A stretch of DNA of 64,000 nt from Bacteroidota bacterium (GTDB lineage: Bacteria > Bacteroidota > Bacteroidia > JAHEXY01): contig JAHEXY010000005.1 of NCBI GenBank assembly GCA_023251875.1, forward strand, positions 251,008 through 315,007, read 5' to 3'. The notes beneath the pieces are model-generated. The model was not told the origin of the DNA. It saw only the letters and a program-made list of their open reading frames with translations, and did not search any database. The position numbers and the translations under genes are program-made. Position 1 is the stretch's first letter. Each line of letters begins with the position of its first letter. Positions 10,380 through 19,507 of the stretch are shown in pieces.

Positions 10380-11555
10380 TTAGGAAGAAAGCTCTGAATC
10401 AAGAAGCTTGTTAATATTTCTCCAGCTTAGCAATGTTCCATATTTAGTTTCTAGTGATTTTTCACCTCCATATATTACGTAAAAATGTTCTGTTTTATTT
10501 GATAAATTCTTCCAATACTCAAAATTTGTAAAGTATGAAGTGTTTTGAGTTTCTCCGGATTTTATTTCAATGGCAATCGTTTTGCTTCCATTATCAATAA
10601 TACAATCTATTTCTTTGCCTTTATGATCGCACCAAAAATACATATCAAATGAAAGATTATTATTGAATTTATGCTTGTATAGTTCGGCAAGAATAAAGTT
10701 TTCGAAAATAGCTCCTGTTGAATAATGATTATACAATTCAGCATTGTTTTTTATTCCAAGCAAGTAAGATAATAAGCCCGTATCATTAAAGTATAATTTT
10801 GGACTTTTTACCAGGCGCTTATCAAAACTTTTATGATAGGGTTGTAATAAAAATATAATGTACGAAGCCTCTAAAACAGATAACCATGACTTTACGGTGT
10901 TGACACTTATTCCTGCATCATTTGCCAATGATGACATGTTTACTAATTGCCCAGCTCTTCCTGCACATAATTTTAAGAAGCGATGAAAAGTATTGAGATT
11001 TTCAATATTGGTTATTATCCTCACATCTTTTTCTAAATACGTTTCAACATAATTTGAATAAAAAATAGAAGGGGGCGTTTTTTTGTCATATATAGCAGGA
11101 TAAAATCCTTTGTATAATAATTCAGTATGATGAATATCTTTTAGTTTACTTATACTTTGTATTTCAGCTATAGAAAACGGTAAAAGTTTTAAAATGCCAA
11201 CCCTACCGGCAAGGCTTTGTGATATTTTTTCGGAAAGTAAAAAATTCTGTGAGCCGGAAATATAATATTTAAGCTTTTTATCATTGTCGACAAAGCCTTG
11301 GATGTATGAAAATAATTCAGGCCCCCTTTGTATTTCATCAATAATAAGCCCATTGGGATAATTATTTAAAAATTTTCTAGGATCATCAGTTGCTATGGTT
11401 CTGGTATCAGGATCTTCTAATGAAACGTAAGGTAAATTAGAAAACATTGAACGTAACAAAGTAGTTTTGCCCGATTGGCGAGGCCCCGTAAGCGAAATAA
11501 CCTGGAAGTATTTACTTAGTTCTTTTATGTTAGGCTCAATTTCTCTTTTTACCAT
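10380..11555 (-). CDS. AAA_14-family ATPase with C-terminal DUF4143
   Basis: Walker A GPRQSGKT, Walker B IIDEIQ, KSPKLYFxDTGL, GAIFEN and EIDC...IEIKS (PD-D/ExK-like). Confidence 0.9.
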   Translation of the reverse strand: MVKREIEPNIKELSKYFQVISLTGPRQSGKTTLLRSMFSNLPYVSLEDPDTRTIATDDPRKFLNNYPNGLIIDEIQRGPELFSYIQGFVDNDKKLKYYISGSQNFLLSEKISQSLAGRVGILKLLPFSIAEIQSISKLKDIHHTELLYKGFYPAIYDKKTPPSIFYSNYVETYLEKDVRIITNIENLNTFHRFLKLCAGRAGQLVNMSSLANDAGISVNTVKSWLSVLEASYIIFLLQPYHKSFDKRLVKSPKLYFNDTGLLSYLLGIKNNAELYNHYSTGAIFENFILAELYKHKFNNNLSFDMYFWCDHKGKEIDCIIDNGSKTIAIEIKSGETQNTSYFTNFEYWKNLSNKTEHFYVIYGGEKSLETKYGTLLSWRNINKLLDSELSS

Positions 11556-11563
11556 ATATTAAA

Positions 11564-11598
11564 GGTACAAATTTGCAATTGGATTGCAAATTTGTACC
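11564..11598. promoter_or_regulatory. Perfect 16-bp inverted repeat just upstream of the AAA_14/DUF4143 start (putative operator)
   Basis: GGTACAAATTTGCAAT-tgg-ATTGCAAATTTGTACC, 8 bp from the ATG. Confidence 0.5.
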
Positions 11599-11672
11599 AA
11601 CAAAAATGTTGTTGTATTAAAAATTCACTGATGATTTTGAAGAAAAAACAGGATACATTTTCTGTGTTTATT

Positions 11673-12392
11673 TTAATTTTCTAATAGATTGCATTGTGCT
11701 TGCCCACATTTACAATATATTGAATCTGTTATATGATCAGTTTGTAAACACTGTAATATAAATTGTTTTATTTTTTGATGATTATAAAAAGCATAAGAAC
11801 AGCCCGTGTTGAGCCAATATATTTTCCTATCTGTTTTAATAACATAATCATTGCTATATGTGAGTCCAGGCGTCCAGTCATAGCCGGTGCGTTTTCCTTT
11901 CTCATAAGCATCATTTTGTAATTCAAAGAATGCTTTAGTTGCTGAAATAGTATCTTGGTAAGTAACTTCAAGAAACCATAAATCCAATTTTCTGTTACCT
12001 TTTCCCGGGCTAAAACTATATCGTTTAGCAGTTGTATTATTGGATGTAAAAAGTGCATTAAAAAAACGTCCAGATTGATCCGCTGTTATTGTATCAATAC
12101 TACAACTTAAATGTATTGGCTGGCCTTGTAAAGTAGTTAAAAGAGAATCGCTAAGTTTAATGAATTTAGCGATTTCAAAGTCAGATTTGAGAATTGATGC
12201 AGTTTTGTCAAACGTTGCTGTATCGTTTTTTGATTTATCAATAGCTGCAAAAGAAATCGTTTTATTCTCTAACTGATTACTTGAATTCTGACTACAGCTT
12301 ATAATTGCAAAACCAATAAAGATGATTGATATAATTTTAATAGCGAGACTTTTCATGTTTCTAATCATAGTGAATAAGAGTATTCTCAACAA
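11673..12392 (-). CDS. Hypothetical lipoprotein
   Basis: Lipobox IISC after a hydrophobic stretch; true start is probably a downstream Met. Confidence 0.55.
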   Translation of the reverse strand: MLRILLFTMIRNMKSLAIKIISIIFIGFAIISCSQNSSNQLENKTISFAAIDKSKNDTATFDKTASILKSDFEIAKFIKLSDSLLTTLQGQPIHLSCSIDTITADQSGRFFNALFTSNNTTAKRYSFSPGKGNRKLDLWFLEVTYQDTISATKAFFELQNDAYEKGKRTGYDWTPGLTYSNDYVIKTDRKIYWLNTGCSYAFYNHQKIKQFILQCLQTDHITDSIYCKCGQAQCNLLEN

Positions 12393-12420
12393 ATTAAAAT
12401 ACCAAGTCTAATCAAGGCAT

Positions 12421-12452
12421 TCCTCTCTTTCGGAAAGGGGTTAGGGGAGAGG
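12421..12452 (-). repeat. REP-like CCTC..CCCTCTCC-n-GGAGAGGG family element
   Basis: Similar to 13897-13930, 46123-46156, 49303-49336 and 61153-61186; abuts the fumC stop codon. Confidence 0.6.
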
Positions 12453-13847
12453 TCATAAACTCCCCACCATTTTCTCCGGCTTTACCCATTCATCAAATTG
12501 TACATCGTTTACAAGTCCTAAATCTTTTGCCGCTTGTCGCAACGTAGAATTTTCTTTGTGTGCTTTTTTAGCAATTTTGGCTGCATTTTCATAGCCAATT
12601 TTTGTATTGAGAGCGGTAACAAGCATTAAAGAATTATCTAAATGCTGCTTGATGGCATCATAATTGGGTTCAATACCTTCAGCGCATTTATCATTAAAGG
12701 AAACACAGGCATCGCCAATTAAACGAGCAGATTGTAAAACATTAGCTGCAATTACCGGTTTAAAAACATTTAATTCAAAATGACCGGTTGCTCCGCCAAT
12801 ACTAGCCGCAACATCATTGCCCATTACCTGAGCGCACACCATGGTTAAAGCTTCTGGCTGGGTTGGATTTACTTTACCCGGCATAATAGATGAGCCAGGT
12901 TCATTATCAGGAATAATAATTTCTCCAATGCCGCAACGCGGGCCAGAGCTCAACATACGCACATCATTGGCAATTTTCATTAATGAAACGGCTGAGCGTT
13001 TTAATGCACCTGATAGTTCAATCATGGCATCATGTGCTGCCAATGCTTCAAATTTATTTGGGGCAGTTACAAATGGTAAGCCTGTGAGTTCAGCAATTTT
13101 TTTGGCAACCAATACATCATAACCTTTTGGTGTGTTCAATCCGGTTCCAACTGCTGTTCCTCCCAAGGCTAATTCGCTTACTGCTTCTAATGCATTTTTA
13201 ATGGCTCGTATGCTATTGGTAATTTGCTGTACGTAACCAGAAAATTCTTGCCCTAATGTTAATGGCGTTGCATCCATAAAATGGGTACGGCCAATTTTTA
13301 CTATTTCTTTAAATTCTTTTGCTTTTTTGTCTAAGGTATTTCTCAATTTCTCCATTCCGGGAATAGTAACTTCAACTACTTGTTTGTATGCTGCAATGTG
13401 CATAGCCGTTGGAAATGTATCGTTTGATGATTGTGATTTATTTACATCATCATTAGGGTGCAAAACTTTTTCTGCATCACTTAATTTTCCTCCTTTTAAT
13501 ACATGTGCACGGTAAGCCACTACTTCATTCACATTCATATTCGATTGTGTGCCCGACCCTGTTTGCCAAATTACCAATGGAAATTGATCATCTAATTTTT
13601 TTTCTAAAATTTCATCGCAAACTTTTCCAATTAAATCACTTTTGTCTTTTGTTAAAACACCTAATTCCATATTAGCTAAAGCAGCGGCCTTTTTTAAATA
13701 GGCAAAAGCATAAATAATTTCCTTTGGCATAGATGCTTCCGGACCAATTTTAAAATTATTGCGAGAACGTTCTGTTTGTGCTCCCCAGTATTTATCTGCA
13801 GGTACTTTTACCTGGCCCATGGTGTCGTGTTCAATTCTAAATTCCAT
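12453..13847 (-). CDS. fumC: Fumarate hydratase class II
   Basis: [22 protein letters not shown] and the [11 protein letters not shown] signature. Confidence 0.98.
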   Translation of the reverse strand: MEFRIEHDTMGQVKVPADKYWGAQTERSRNNFKIGPEASMPKEIIYAFAYLKKAAALANMELGVLTKDKSDLIGKVCDEILEKKLDDQFPLVIWQTGSGTQSNMNVNEVVAYRAHVLKGGKLSDAEKVLHPNDDVNKSQSSNDTFPTAMHIAAYKQVVEVTIPGMEKLRNTLDKKAKEFKEIVKIGRTHFMDATPLTLGQEFSGYVQQITNSIRAIKNALEAVSELALGGTAVGTGLNTPKGYDVLVAKKIAELTGLPFVTAPNKFEALAAHDAMIELSGALKRSAVSLMKIANDVRMLSSGPRCGIGEIIIPDNEPGSSIMPGKVNPTQPEALTMVCAQVMGNDVAASIGGATGHFELNVFKPVIAANVLQSARLIGDACVSFNDKCAEGIEPNYDAIKQHLDNSLMLVTALNTKIGYENAAKIAKKAHKENSTLRQAAKDLGLVNDVQFDEWVKPEKMVGSL

Positions 13848-13896
13848 ATAAGTTTAAAGTTTAATAGTTCAAGGTTTAAAAAAATAATTTCAAACG

Positions 13897-13930
13897 CCTT
13901 CTCCTTTTTAAGGAGTTGGTTAGGGTGAGG
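13897..13930 (-). repeat. REP-like element of the same family, degenerate
   Basis: Reverse complement cctcaccctaaccaactccttaaaaaggagaagg; abuts the stop codon at 13931. Confidence 0.5.
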
Positions 13931-14587
13931 TTAAAAAATTATCCCCACATTTAAAGCCATATAATGAGAATTGGCTTGCTCATCAATTTTAGTTGCGTCA
14001 CTATTTTTTAAAATATTTACAAATCCGTTGTTAAACGTTAAGCCTGCTACTAATGATGTATTGCCAACAAAATTATATTCACATCCTAATCCCACTATTA
14101 GTCCAAGCCTTAATGGAAACATCTGGCTTTTTATATTTACATCATTTTGAATACTGCTAGAGCTTATCAAACTAGAATCTGTTTGGATATCGGCCATGCC
14201 TTTTATCATAAAAGAAGGATCGATACCAAACTGACCAAAATATTTAAAATAGCCAATTTGATTGGTTTTCATTTTTATGGTAAGTGGAAGTGAAACATAA
14301 TTTAAATGGTATTTAGTATGTTGGTCATAAAGCGTATCTGTTACCAATAAGTTTACGCCATTGTATAAAAACTCTAAACTTGGAGCAAAATAATAGTTCT
14401 TGGTTAATTGGTAATCAGCAAAAACGCCCCAGCCCCAGCCTAGTTTTAGTCCATCATTTGAATAGGTACTTACATTTGATTTGAGCCAATTAATATTGGT
14501 TGAAATTTTTAATCCTCCCTGTATTTTTTGGGCTTGAGAAAATAAAGTACTTGCAACAAGCATAGTTAAAATAATGGCTTTTCTCAT
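13931..14587 (-). CDS. Outer membrane beta-barrel protein (PorT-like/porin family)
   Basis: Signal peptide; YVSLPLTIKMKT motif; amphipathic strands; terminal Phe. Confidence 0.8.
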   Translation of the reverse strand: MRKAIILTMLVASTLFSQAQKIQGGLKISTNINWLKSNVSTYSNDGLKLGWGWGVFADYQLTKNYYFAPSLEFLYNGVNLLVTDTLYDQHTKYHLNYVSLPLTIKMKTNQIGYFKYFGQFGIDPSFMIKGMADIQTDSSLISSSSIQNDVNIKSQMFPLRLGLIVGLGCEYNFVGNTSLVAGLTFNNGFVNILKNSDATKIDEQANSHYMALNVGIIF

Positions 14588-14594
14588 ATATTTG
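14587..14594 (+). promoter_or_regulatory. Bacteroidota -7 promoter element for gldBC
   Basis: TATATTTG matches TAnnTTTG. Confidence 0.5.
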
Positions 14595-14735
14595 TCGGTT
14601 TTTATACCATGTGTAATTACAAATTAGTTCTAAATTTTTTGGTATAATGCCGATAGGATAGTCGTTTAGTCCAAATGTTTGGACTATTACGAATATCGCA
14701 TCGGTATTAGAAACGTAAAACTACTTATTTTTTAA

Positions 14736-15743
14736 ATGTTAAACATTAGAATTTCGCTTTTATTGTTTTGTTGTTTGTTGTTTATGGCTTCTTGTCATAA
14801 TGATCATAATAAACCCGATATATCAAATAGTAAAGTTGGTATTAAAATTGAGCGTTTTGAACAAGATTTGTTTTCTCATACACAAGATAGTGCTATGTTA
14901 TTGCTCCCATCTGTACTTTCTAATAAATATGGGAGTTTTTGGAAAGTGTATGTAGGCAATATAATGCGATTAGGTAATCCTAATGATGCAAATATTTCTA
15001 TGGCTCTTTCTCGATTTACTGCTGATCCATCCATGAATGAATTATATGGCGATTGTGTTAAAAAATATCCTGATTTAAGTAAAGAGGAAAAAGAATTAAG
15101 TACTGCATTTAAATATTACCACTATTATTTTCCCGACAAATTAATTCCTAAAGCACTTAGTTTTGTTTCAGGATTTTCATTGGCCATTGCATCCCTTGAT
15201 TCTACCATTGGAATTGGTTTAGATATGTATTTGGGTAGTGATTATGCAAAATATCCTTTTCCGGAATATCAGAAAAAAAGAATGAGGCAAGAAAATATTG
15301 TTCCTGATTGTATGTACAGTTGGCTGAGTTCTGAATTTGAATTTAATGCTGATAAGGACGATTTGCTTAGTAACATGATATATGCTGGAAAAATGATGTA
15401 TCTGATGGATTTAGTATTACCGGATACGGAAGATTCTCTTAAAATAGCCTATTCTCAAAACCAAATGGAATGGTGTGAGAAAAATGAAAAAGAGGTTTGG
15501 AAATATTTTATCAATAACAATTTATTGTACTCAACAGACAAAACTCTGTTTTATAAAAAGTATTTTGCCGAAGCTCCCTTTACATCCGGATTTTCTCAAG
15601 ATTCTCCTAGTAAAATAGGAGTCTGGCTGGGCTGGCAGATTGTAAGATCCTATATGAATAACAATGCTAATGTTGGTATTTCAGAATTGATCAATCAAAA
15701 TGATGCACAATTAATATTAAAAGAATCGAAGTATAAACCATAG
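14736..15743 (+). CDS. gldB: Gliding motility lipoprotein GldB
   Basis: Lipobox MASC; RFEQDLF, IGLDMYLG, EAPFT...SPSKIGVWLGWQIVRSYM and SKYKP; adjacent to gldC. Confidence 0.9.
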   Translation: MLNIRISLLLFCCLLFMASCHNDHNKPDISNSKVGIKIERFEQDLFSHTQDSAMLLLPSVLSNKYGSFWKVYVGNIMRLGNPNDANISMALSRFTADPSMNELYGDCVKKYPDLSKEEKELSTAFKYYHYYFPDKLIPKALSFVSGFSLAIASLDSTIGIGLDMYLGSDYAKYPFPEYQKKRMRQENIVPDCMYSWLSSEFEFNADKDDLLSNMIYAGKMMYLMDLVLPDTEDSLKIAYSQNQMEWCEKNEKEVWKYFINNNLLYSTDKTLFYKKYFAEAPFTSGFSQDSPSKIGVWLGWQIVRSYMNNNANVGISELINQNDAQLILKESKYKP

Positions 15744-15836
15744 TTTCGTTGTTAGTTTTTCGTTATTTTTGTTAGGTAAAATCAATTTCTAATAATCTTC
15801 GAATAACTAATAACGAACAACCAATAACTAATATGT

Positions 15837-16163
15837 ATGAAGACATCTGAAATTAAATTTTCCGTTACACTTGATGAAAACAGTTTACCCATTGCAATCA
15901 ATTGGGAGGCCCAAGATCAAAAAGAAAAAGGTGAATGTAAATCTGTACTTATTTCAATTTGGGATAAAAATGAAAATAATACACTAAAAATAGATTTATG
16001 GACTAAAGATATGATGGTGGATGAGATGAAAATATTCTTTCACCAAACCTTACTTTCTATGGCCAATACTTTAGAAAAAGCTACTGCCGAAGAAAAAATG
16101 GCCAAGCAATTACGCGAATTTTGTGAAAATTTTGCCGAAAAATTAAACCTCATTAATAAATAG
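15837..16163 (+). CDS. gldC: Gliding motility protein GldC
   Basis: SEIKFSVTLDEN...LKIDLWTKDMMVDEMKIFFHQTL. Confidence 0.93.
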   Translation: MKTSEIKFSVTLDENSLPIAINWEAQDQKEKGECKSVLISIWDKNENNTLKIDLWTKDMMVDEMKIFFHQTLLSMANTLEKATAEEKMAKQLREFCENFAEKLNLINK

Positions 16164-16409
16164 GTATTTTATTGTTTATCAAATAATTAATAATTTGATA
16201 AAAAGGTTTTGAACAATGCTTTTCATTGCCAATCTCCATTTTGTAATTATTCTATCTGATTTTATTAAAAAAAAGTAATCGTTAATGCGCTAGAATTCAA
16301 ATAACTTTAGCTTGTTGCAATACCCCTAAATGATAAGTTTTAATTCTAATAACGAGTAAAAAAGACTAGCTCCTAATTAATTATAGGTTGCTTTTCAATA
16401 ATAATTTTA

Positions 16410-16417
16410 TAACTTTG
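16410..16417 (+). promoter_or_regulatory. -7 promoter element
   Basis: TAACTTTG with a TTG 19 bp upstream. Confidence 0.55.
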
Positions 16418-16439
16418 TGATCCCTTTTTTATCAAATAA

Positions 16440-18230
16440 TTGAATCAAATGAAGAATAAAAATCTACAAACCTTGTTTTTTGCCTTATCTGTAGGCCTTG
16501 TTTCCTCCTCCGCTTATTCTCAAGTGTTTTTTAATAATGGTGCTGACATTATGGTTAGCTCAGGTGGTTTAGTTCAAATCAATGGTGGTTTTGAAAATGC
16601 CGTTATTGGTAATTTAACCAATGATGGAGAAATGCATGTTGATAGTGCTGTTTCTAAAGGAGATTTTTGGAACAATGTAGGAACTGTTGATGGAAGTGGT
16701 GATTTGTATGTTGAAGGAGATTGGATTAATGATGGTCAATTTACTGCTGATGCAAGCAATACCAGCCATGTATATTTATATGGAACAAGCCAATTAATTA
16801 CCGGTGGTAATGAAAGTCATTTTTGGGATTTAGAAACTGCAGGCTCAGATGTAAAAACAATGAAGCTAAATGCTTTTGTTCAAAATGATCTTACACTTAA
16901 TCAAAATACAGAATTAGCAACGGATGCTTATATGATGTATGTTGAAAATACAGATCCTTCTGCCATTTCAAATAATGGTTCAAAAGGTAGTGAAGGTTTT
17001 GTAAGTAGTGGTATCGGTTATTTATCTTGGGCTATGAATCAATCTGCAGATTATGTATTTCCTGTAGGTTCAAGTTTAGGAACAAAAAGATACCGTACAG
17101 TAACACTTAAACCAACAACGGCTAGTTCTTGTAGGTTTTTTGTAAGTATGGAAAATGTGAATGCAACAACTGATGGTTATGATGTAAATAAATTTGATTC
17201 CGTTACTATTTGTAAAATAAATGATCAATTCTACCACAGAATTGTTAGAGATAATGGTTCTACTTCTGCAGATATAGGAATATCTTTTGATAAACTAGCT
17301 GATGGCGGATGGGCAAGTAGTGCACAATGGCAAACCAAATGGGAAAAAACAGGAACAACAACAATGACAAGTGCTACTTATGAAACAGTTACTGTGGCAG
17401 CATACAATAATTTTACAACCAATCCATTTGCATTAGCGGGTATTGCTCCGGATGCCCCGGTAATAGATGGTGCTAATGGTTTATGTGCCGGTGATGTAGA
17501 TGCGGGCATGTATAATGCTACCGGAGATGCAAGTTCATCTTTTTCATGGAGTGTTAGTGGAGGTTCAATTGTAGGAGCATCTACCGGTTCAACTGTTAAT
17601 GTTGATTGGAGTGGAACAAGTACAGCAACAGTTTCAGTTGTACAAACAGATGCTTTAGGTTGTTCAAGTGTACCGGCTACTATGAGTGTTAATGTATTTC
17701 AAAAACCAATTGCAGGTTTTGTTGGCGATTCAGCAGCATTTTCATATACCTTATTTAGTTTTGAAGATACAACTATTGGAAACAATGGTGTAGCCAACTG
17801 GCAATGGGATTTTGGTGATGGATATACTTCATCTCAAGAAAATCCATACCACCAATACAGTGGTCCTGGAACTTATAGCGTACAGTTAATTGTTACAAAT
17901 GAAAATGGTTGTGTTGATACAATCTTGTCTGATGTAACTATTCACGAAGGTTTATTAATCTCAAATACATTTACACCAAACGGTGATGGTATTAATGATT
18001 ATTTTATGGTACCAAGTTCTGGTATTACTGAATATCACATAATGATTTACAATCGTTGGGGAACATTGGTTTTTGAATCAGATGCACCAAGCGTAACTTG
18101 GGATGGAAAAACAAAAGCTGGTTTAGTATTACCTTCAGGAACTTATTTTTATACTGTAGCTGCTAAAGCAGGTGAAATGGATCATTCTTCACAAGGTTAT
18201 GTTGAATTGCTAAGAGGAGATAACCAATAA
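16440..18230 (+). CDS. Secreted PKD-domain protein with T9SS type B CTD
   Basis: Signal peptide; WDFGDG PKD motif; NTFTPNGDGIND...YNRWG...WDG. Confidence 0.87.
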   Translation: MNQMKNKNLQTLFFALSVGLVSSSAYSQVFFNNGADIMVSSGGLVQINGGFENAVIGNLTNDGEMHVDSAVSKGDFWNNVGTVDGSGDLYVEGDWINDGQFTADASNTSHVYLYGTSQLITGGNESHFWDLETAGSDVKTMKLNAFVQNDLTLNQNTELATDAYMMYVENTDPSAISNNGSKGSEGFVSSGIGYLSWAMNQSADYVFPVGSSLGTKRYRTVTLKPTTASSCRFFVSMENVNATTDGYDVNKFDSVTICKINDQFYHRIVRDNGSTSADIGISFDKLADGGWASSAQWQTKWEKTGTTTMTSATYETVTVAAYNNFTTNPFALAGIAPDAPVIDGANGLCAGDVDAGMYNATGDASSSFSWSVSGGSIVGASTGSTVNVDWSGTSTATVSVVQTDALGCSSVPATMSVNVFQKPIAGFVGDSAAFSYTLFSFEDTTIGNNGVANWQWDFGDGYTSSQENPYHQYSGPGTYSVQLIVTNENGCVDTILSDVTIHEGLLISNTFTPNGDGINDYFMVPSSGITEYHIMIYNRWGTLVFESDAPSVTWDGKTKAGLVLPSGTYFYTVAAKAGEMDHSSQGYVELLRGDNQ

Positions 18231-18251
18231 TAGCATTTATATAAAAAATAG

Positions 18252-18287
18252 AAAACCTGTTTGAAAATATTTCAGACAGGTTTTTTT
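18252..18287 (+). terminator. Rho-independent terminator
   Basis: aaaacctgtttgaa...ttcagacagg-ttttttt. Confidence 0.75.
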
Positions 18288-18477
18288 GTTTAGAGTAAAG
18301 AACAGTTTCTAATTTTTTTTTTTGACTTCCTCTTCATTAATCTCTTGCTTGAAGAGAGAGATAAATTTTAATTCTTGGAACTGCCCTAAAGCGATTTACT
18401 CATCATAGATAAGTATTAAAGAAAGAAATTTGTGCTTATTAATGTAATTCGTGTCTTATTTTAAATGAGCAATAGAG

Positions 18478-19452
18478 TTATAACTTCAAATTCTTAATTT
18501 CTTTTCCAATCCCCACAAAAGAGTGATAGTTTAATGGAAATTCAAGAAATACATGTAGCACGCTTAATAGATATAAACATCTTAATCCAAAACCATAATC
18601 ATAAAAATAAAGCCCAACAGATGCAGCCCACAATACAATTACAACCATAAGCTGTATAAAAGGAACATTATGCCATTTAATTACTGATGTTTTTGAAAAC
18701 CAATTTAAATAGTGATATGTATAGGCAAATGCAATAAATCGCATAACGATATATCCATTATCAGAATGAAAAATAGAGATAATGGAAGCCTTATCATAAA
18801 GATCTCCCAATTTATCTAAATGTAAAATATTGATGAGTTCATAGTTTAACATCATCATGTCGGCATATTTTTTTTTGATATCGAGACTTAAATTATATAC
18901 AGAGAGTTTAGGTACGTAAATGAAAAAACAGGCTGTACAAAGAATAAAAACTATTAATGATAAAATACCTGTTGCGCTTTTATTTTTTAAGGCTCCTAAT
19001 AAAATAAATGCTCCCGTAAATAAATACACATGAACCAATGTGGGAAGAAAAACACTCACAAATATTTTATAAAAATCAACTTTATAGGATAGTAAACAAC
19101 CCAATGTGATTATTGCTATGGCAATGTATCTGTTTTGTTTTTCTTTAATAAATGCCAAGGCGATAGCACTAATCAATGCAATGAGTATTAATGCAGGAGC
19201 AATATCAATAAGTGAAGTAGCAAAAAAACTAATAAATGTAATAAGCACTGCTAATATGGAAAGATACATGAAGTCGTATTTTCCGTACGAAAAATAATTG
19301 CGTTTATGCAACCATGAAATTTCAGTAAGATAATGCAGAGGACCTAAAACGGCATACGAAAATAAAAACAACTCAAATGGTAAAACATAGGCTGCCATGC
19401 ATGAAATGAGCATGAGGCCTATGTTTAAAAGGTCGATGTTTTTAGTATTCAT
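18478..19452 (-). CDS. Polytopic membrane protein with several His motifs, function unknown
   Basis: Many hydrophobic helices; GPLHYLTEISWLH, HVYLFTG, YHYLNWF and HVFLEFPLNYH. Confidence 0.7.
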   Translation of the reverse strand: MNTKNIDLLNIGLMLISCMAAYVLPFELFLFSYAVLGPLHYLTEISWLHKRNYFSYGKYDFMYLSILAVLITFISFFATSLIDIAPALILIALISAIALAFIKEKQNRYIAIAIITLGCLLSYKVDFYKIFVSVFLPTLVHVYLFTGAFILLGALKNKSATGILSLIVFILCTACFFIYVPKLSVYNLSLDIKKKYADMMMLNYELINILHLDKLGDLYDKASIISIFHSDNGYIVMRFIAFAYTYHYLNWFSKTSVIKWHNVPFIQLMVVIVLWAASVGLYFYDYGFGLRCLYLLSVLHVFLEFPLNYHSFVGIGKEIKNLKL

Positions 19453-19507
19453 TGGCTTAAATAGGATCTTTATATTTAAGCCAAGATAGTAAAACAGCCT
19501 TTAAATA

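Noticed and set aside
15744-15836. ncRNA between gldB and gldC
   Set aside because: It consists of low-complexity inverted heptamer-like runs typical of Bacteroidota intergenic DNA; there is no specific evidence for an RNA gene.
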